64,000 bases of DNA. Origin: the human T2T-CHM13v2.0 reference genome, Homo sapiens. Shown here one piece after another: positions 62,452-64,000 of the stretch (positions are counted from its first letter, which is position 1; each line of letters opens with the position of its first letter). The stretch lies in assembly GCF_009914755.1 (NCBI RefSeq), contig NC_060932.1; one strand, 5' to 3'. The notes under the pieces are model-generated. The model did no database searches, was not told the DNA's origin, and was given only the letters and a program-made list of their open reading frames with translations. A program made the position numbers and the translations under genes.

Positions 62452-64000
62452 TGTGTCCAGAATAGGTGGGTTCTTGGTCTCACTGACTTCAAGAATGGAG
62501 CCGCGGACCCTCACGGTGAGTGTTACAGTTCTTAAAGATGGTGTGTCCGGAGTTTTTTCCTTCTGATGTTCAGATGTGTTTGGAGTTTCTTCCTTCTGGT
62601 GGGTTCATGGTCTTGCTGCCTTTAGGAGTGAAGCTGCAGACCTTCGCGGTGAGTGTTACAGCTCTTAAGGTGGCGCATCTGGAGTTGTTCATTCTTCCCG
62701 TCTGGAGTTATTCATTCCTCCCGGTGGGTTCGTGGTCTCGCTGGCCTCAGGAGTGAAGCTGCAGACCTTCGCGGTGAGTGTTACAGCTCATAAAAGCAGT
62801 GTGGACCCAAAGAGCCAGCAGCAGCAACATTTACTGCAAAGAGTGAAAGAACAAAGCTTCCACAGTGTGGAAGGGGATCCGAGCGGGTTGCCGATGCTGG
62901 CTCGGGCAGCCTGCTTTTATTCCCTTATCTGGCCTAAGCCACATCCTGCTGATTGGTCCATTTTACAGAGAGCTGATTGGTCCATTTCACAGAGACCTGA
63001 TTGGTCCGTTTTGACAGGGTGCTGATTGGTGCATTTGCAATCCCTGAGCTAGACACAGAGTGCTGATTGGTGCATTTACAATCCTCTAGCTAGACATAAA
63101 AGTTCTCCAAGTCCTCACCAGATTAACTAGACATGGAGCACTGATTGGTGCATTTACAAACGTTGAGCTAGACATAGAGTGCTGATCGGTGTATTTACAA
63201 ACCTTGAGCTAGACACAGAGTGTTGATTGGTGTATTTACAATTCTTTAGCTTGACATAAAGGTTCTCCAAGTCCCCACCAGATTAGCTAGGTACAGAGTG
63301 CTGATTGGTGCATCCACAAAACCCGAGCTAGACACTAAGTGCTGATTGGTGCATATACAATCCTCCGGCTAGACATAAAAGTTCTCCCAGTCCCCACCTG
63401 ACTCAGAAGGCCAGCTGGCTTCTCCTAGCAGATCCTGCACCAGAGCCGCAGGTGGAGCTGCCTGCCAGTCCTGCGCCATGCGCCTGCACTCCTCAGCCCT
63501 TGGGCAGTCGATGGGACCGGGCGCCGTGGAGCAGGGGGCTGCACTCATCGGAGATGCTTGGGCTGTGCGGGAGCCCACTGCGGGGGGGTTGGGCATGGCA
63601 GGCTGCAGGTCCCGAGCCCTGCTTCACAGGAAGGCGGCTGAGGCCCAGTGAGAATTCGAGAATGGCGCAGGCAGGCTGGCAGTGCTGGGGGACCTGGCGC
63701 CCCCTCTGCAGCTGCTGACCCAGGTGCTAAGCCCCTCACTGACCAGGGCTGGTGGCGTCTGCCAGTGGCTCCAAGTGCGGGGCCCACCAAGTCCATGCCC
63801 ACCTGGAACTTGCGCTGGCCCGCGAGCACCACGCGCAGCCTGCTGCTCTCCCTCCACACTTCCTCGCAAGCAGAGGGAGCTGGCTCTGGCCTTGGCCAGC
63901 CCAGAGAGGGGCTCCCACAGTGCAGCGGCAGGCTGAAGGGCTCCTCAAGGGTGGCCAGAGTAGACGCTGAGGCCGAGGAGGTGCTGAGAGCAAGCGAAGG
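62452..64000 (-). mobile_element. LTR12 (ERV9 LTR, LTR12C/D-like), runs off the right edge
   Basis: Antisense terminus tgtgtccagaataggtgggttcttggtctc; tandem gctgattggtgcatttacaa repeats; GC-rich U3 region. Confidence 0.95.
62910..63400 (-). promoter_or_regulatory. LTR12 promoter/enhancer: array of CCAAT (NF-Y) boxes, GATA site and AATAAA TATA-like box
   Basis: About nine gattgg (CCAATC on the minus strand) between 62951 and 63350; ttttattcccttatc at ~62915-62929 reads GATAAGGGAATAAAA on the minus strand. Confidence 0.75.

Noticed and set aside
62625-62789. Perfect ~40-bp direct repeat ggagtgaagctgcagaccttcgcggtgagtgttacagctc
   Set aside because: Intrinsic repeat of the LTR12 R/U5 region
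62940-63400. Regularly spaced ~40-bp repeats resembling a CRISPR-like array
   Set aside because: These are the known LTR12 U3 tandem CCAAT repeats with no unique spacers, in eukaryotic DNA

Overview
Primate (almost certainly human) genomic DNA with no recognisable protein-coding gene, RNA gene or processed pseudogene. It looks intergenic or deep-intronic and is dominated by interspersed repeats. These are about 28 Alu copies or fragments, a ~6 kb decayed L1MA, several L1PA/L1M, L2 and MIR remnants, and DNA transposons (Tigger3-family, MER20, MER5A, MER33, MER1B). MaLR/ERV elements are abundant: a full-length THE1, a full-length MLT1G-like element, solo MSTA/MLT1 LTRs, a tandem LTR-int-LTR-int-LTR MLT1A-family array, and an antisense LTR12 (ERV9) at the right edge. 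The supplied ORFs fall in repeats or low-complexity sequence, or are short and unrecognisable. I found no evidence for a new multi-gene biological system. The most notable observations are the apparently chimeric three-LTR MaLR array, a 42-bp segment copied into a Tigger element from 1.4 kb away, a CpG-retaining island with an unusually CpG-rich AluS at 15.5-16.3 kb, and the LTR12 promoter facing into the window. Repeat subfamily names are from recall of consensus sequences, not from a RepeatMasker run, and boundaries of old elements are approximate.
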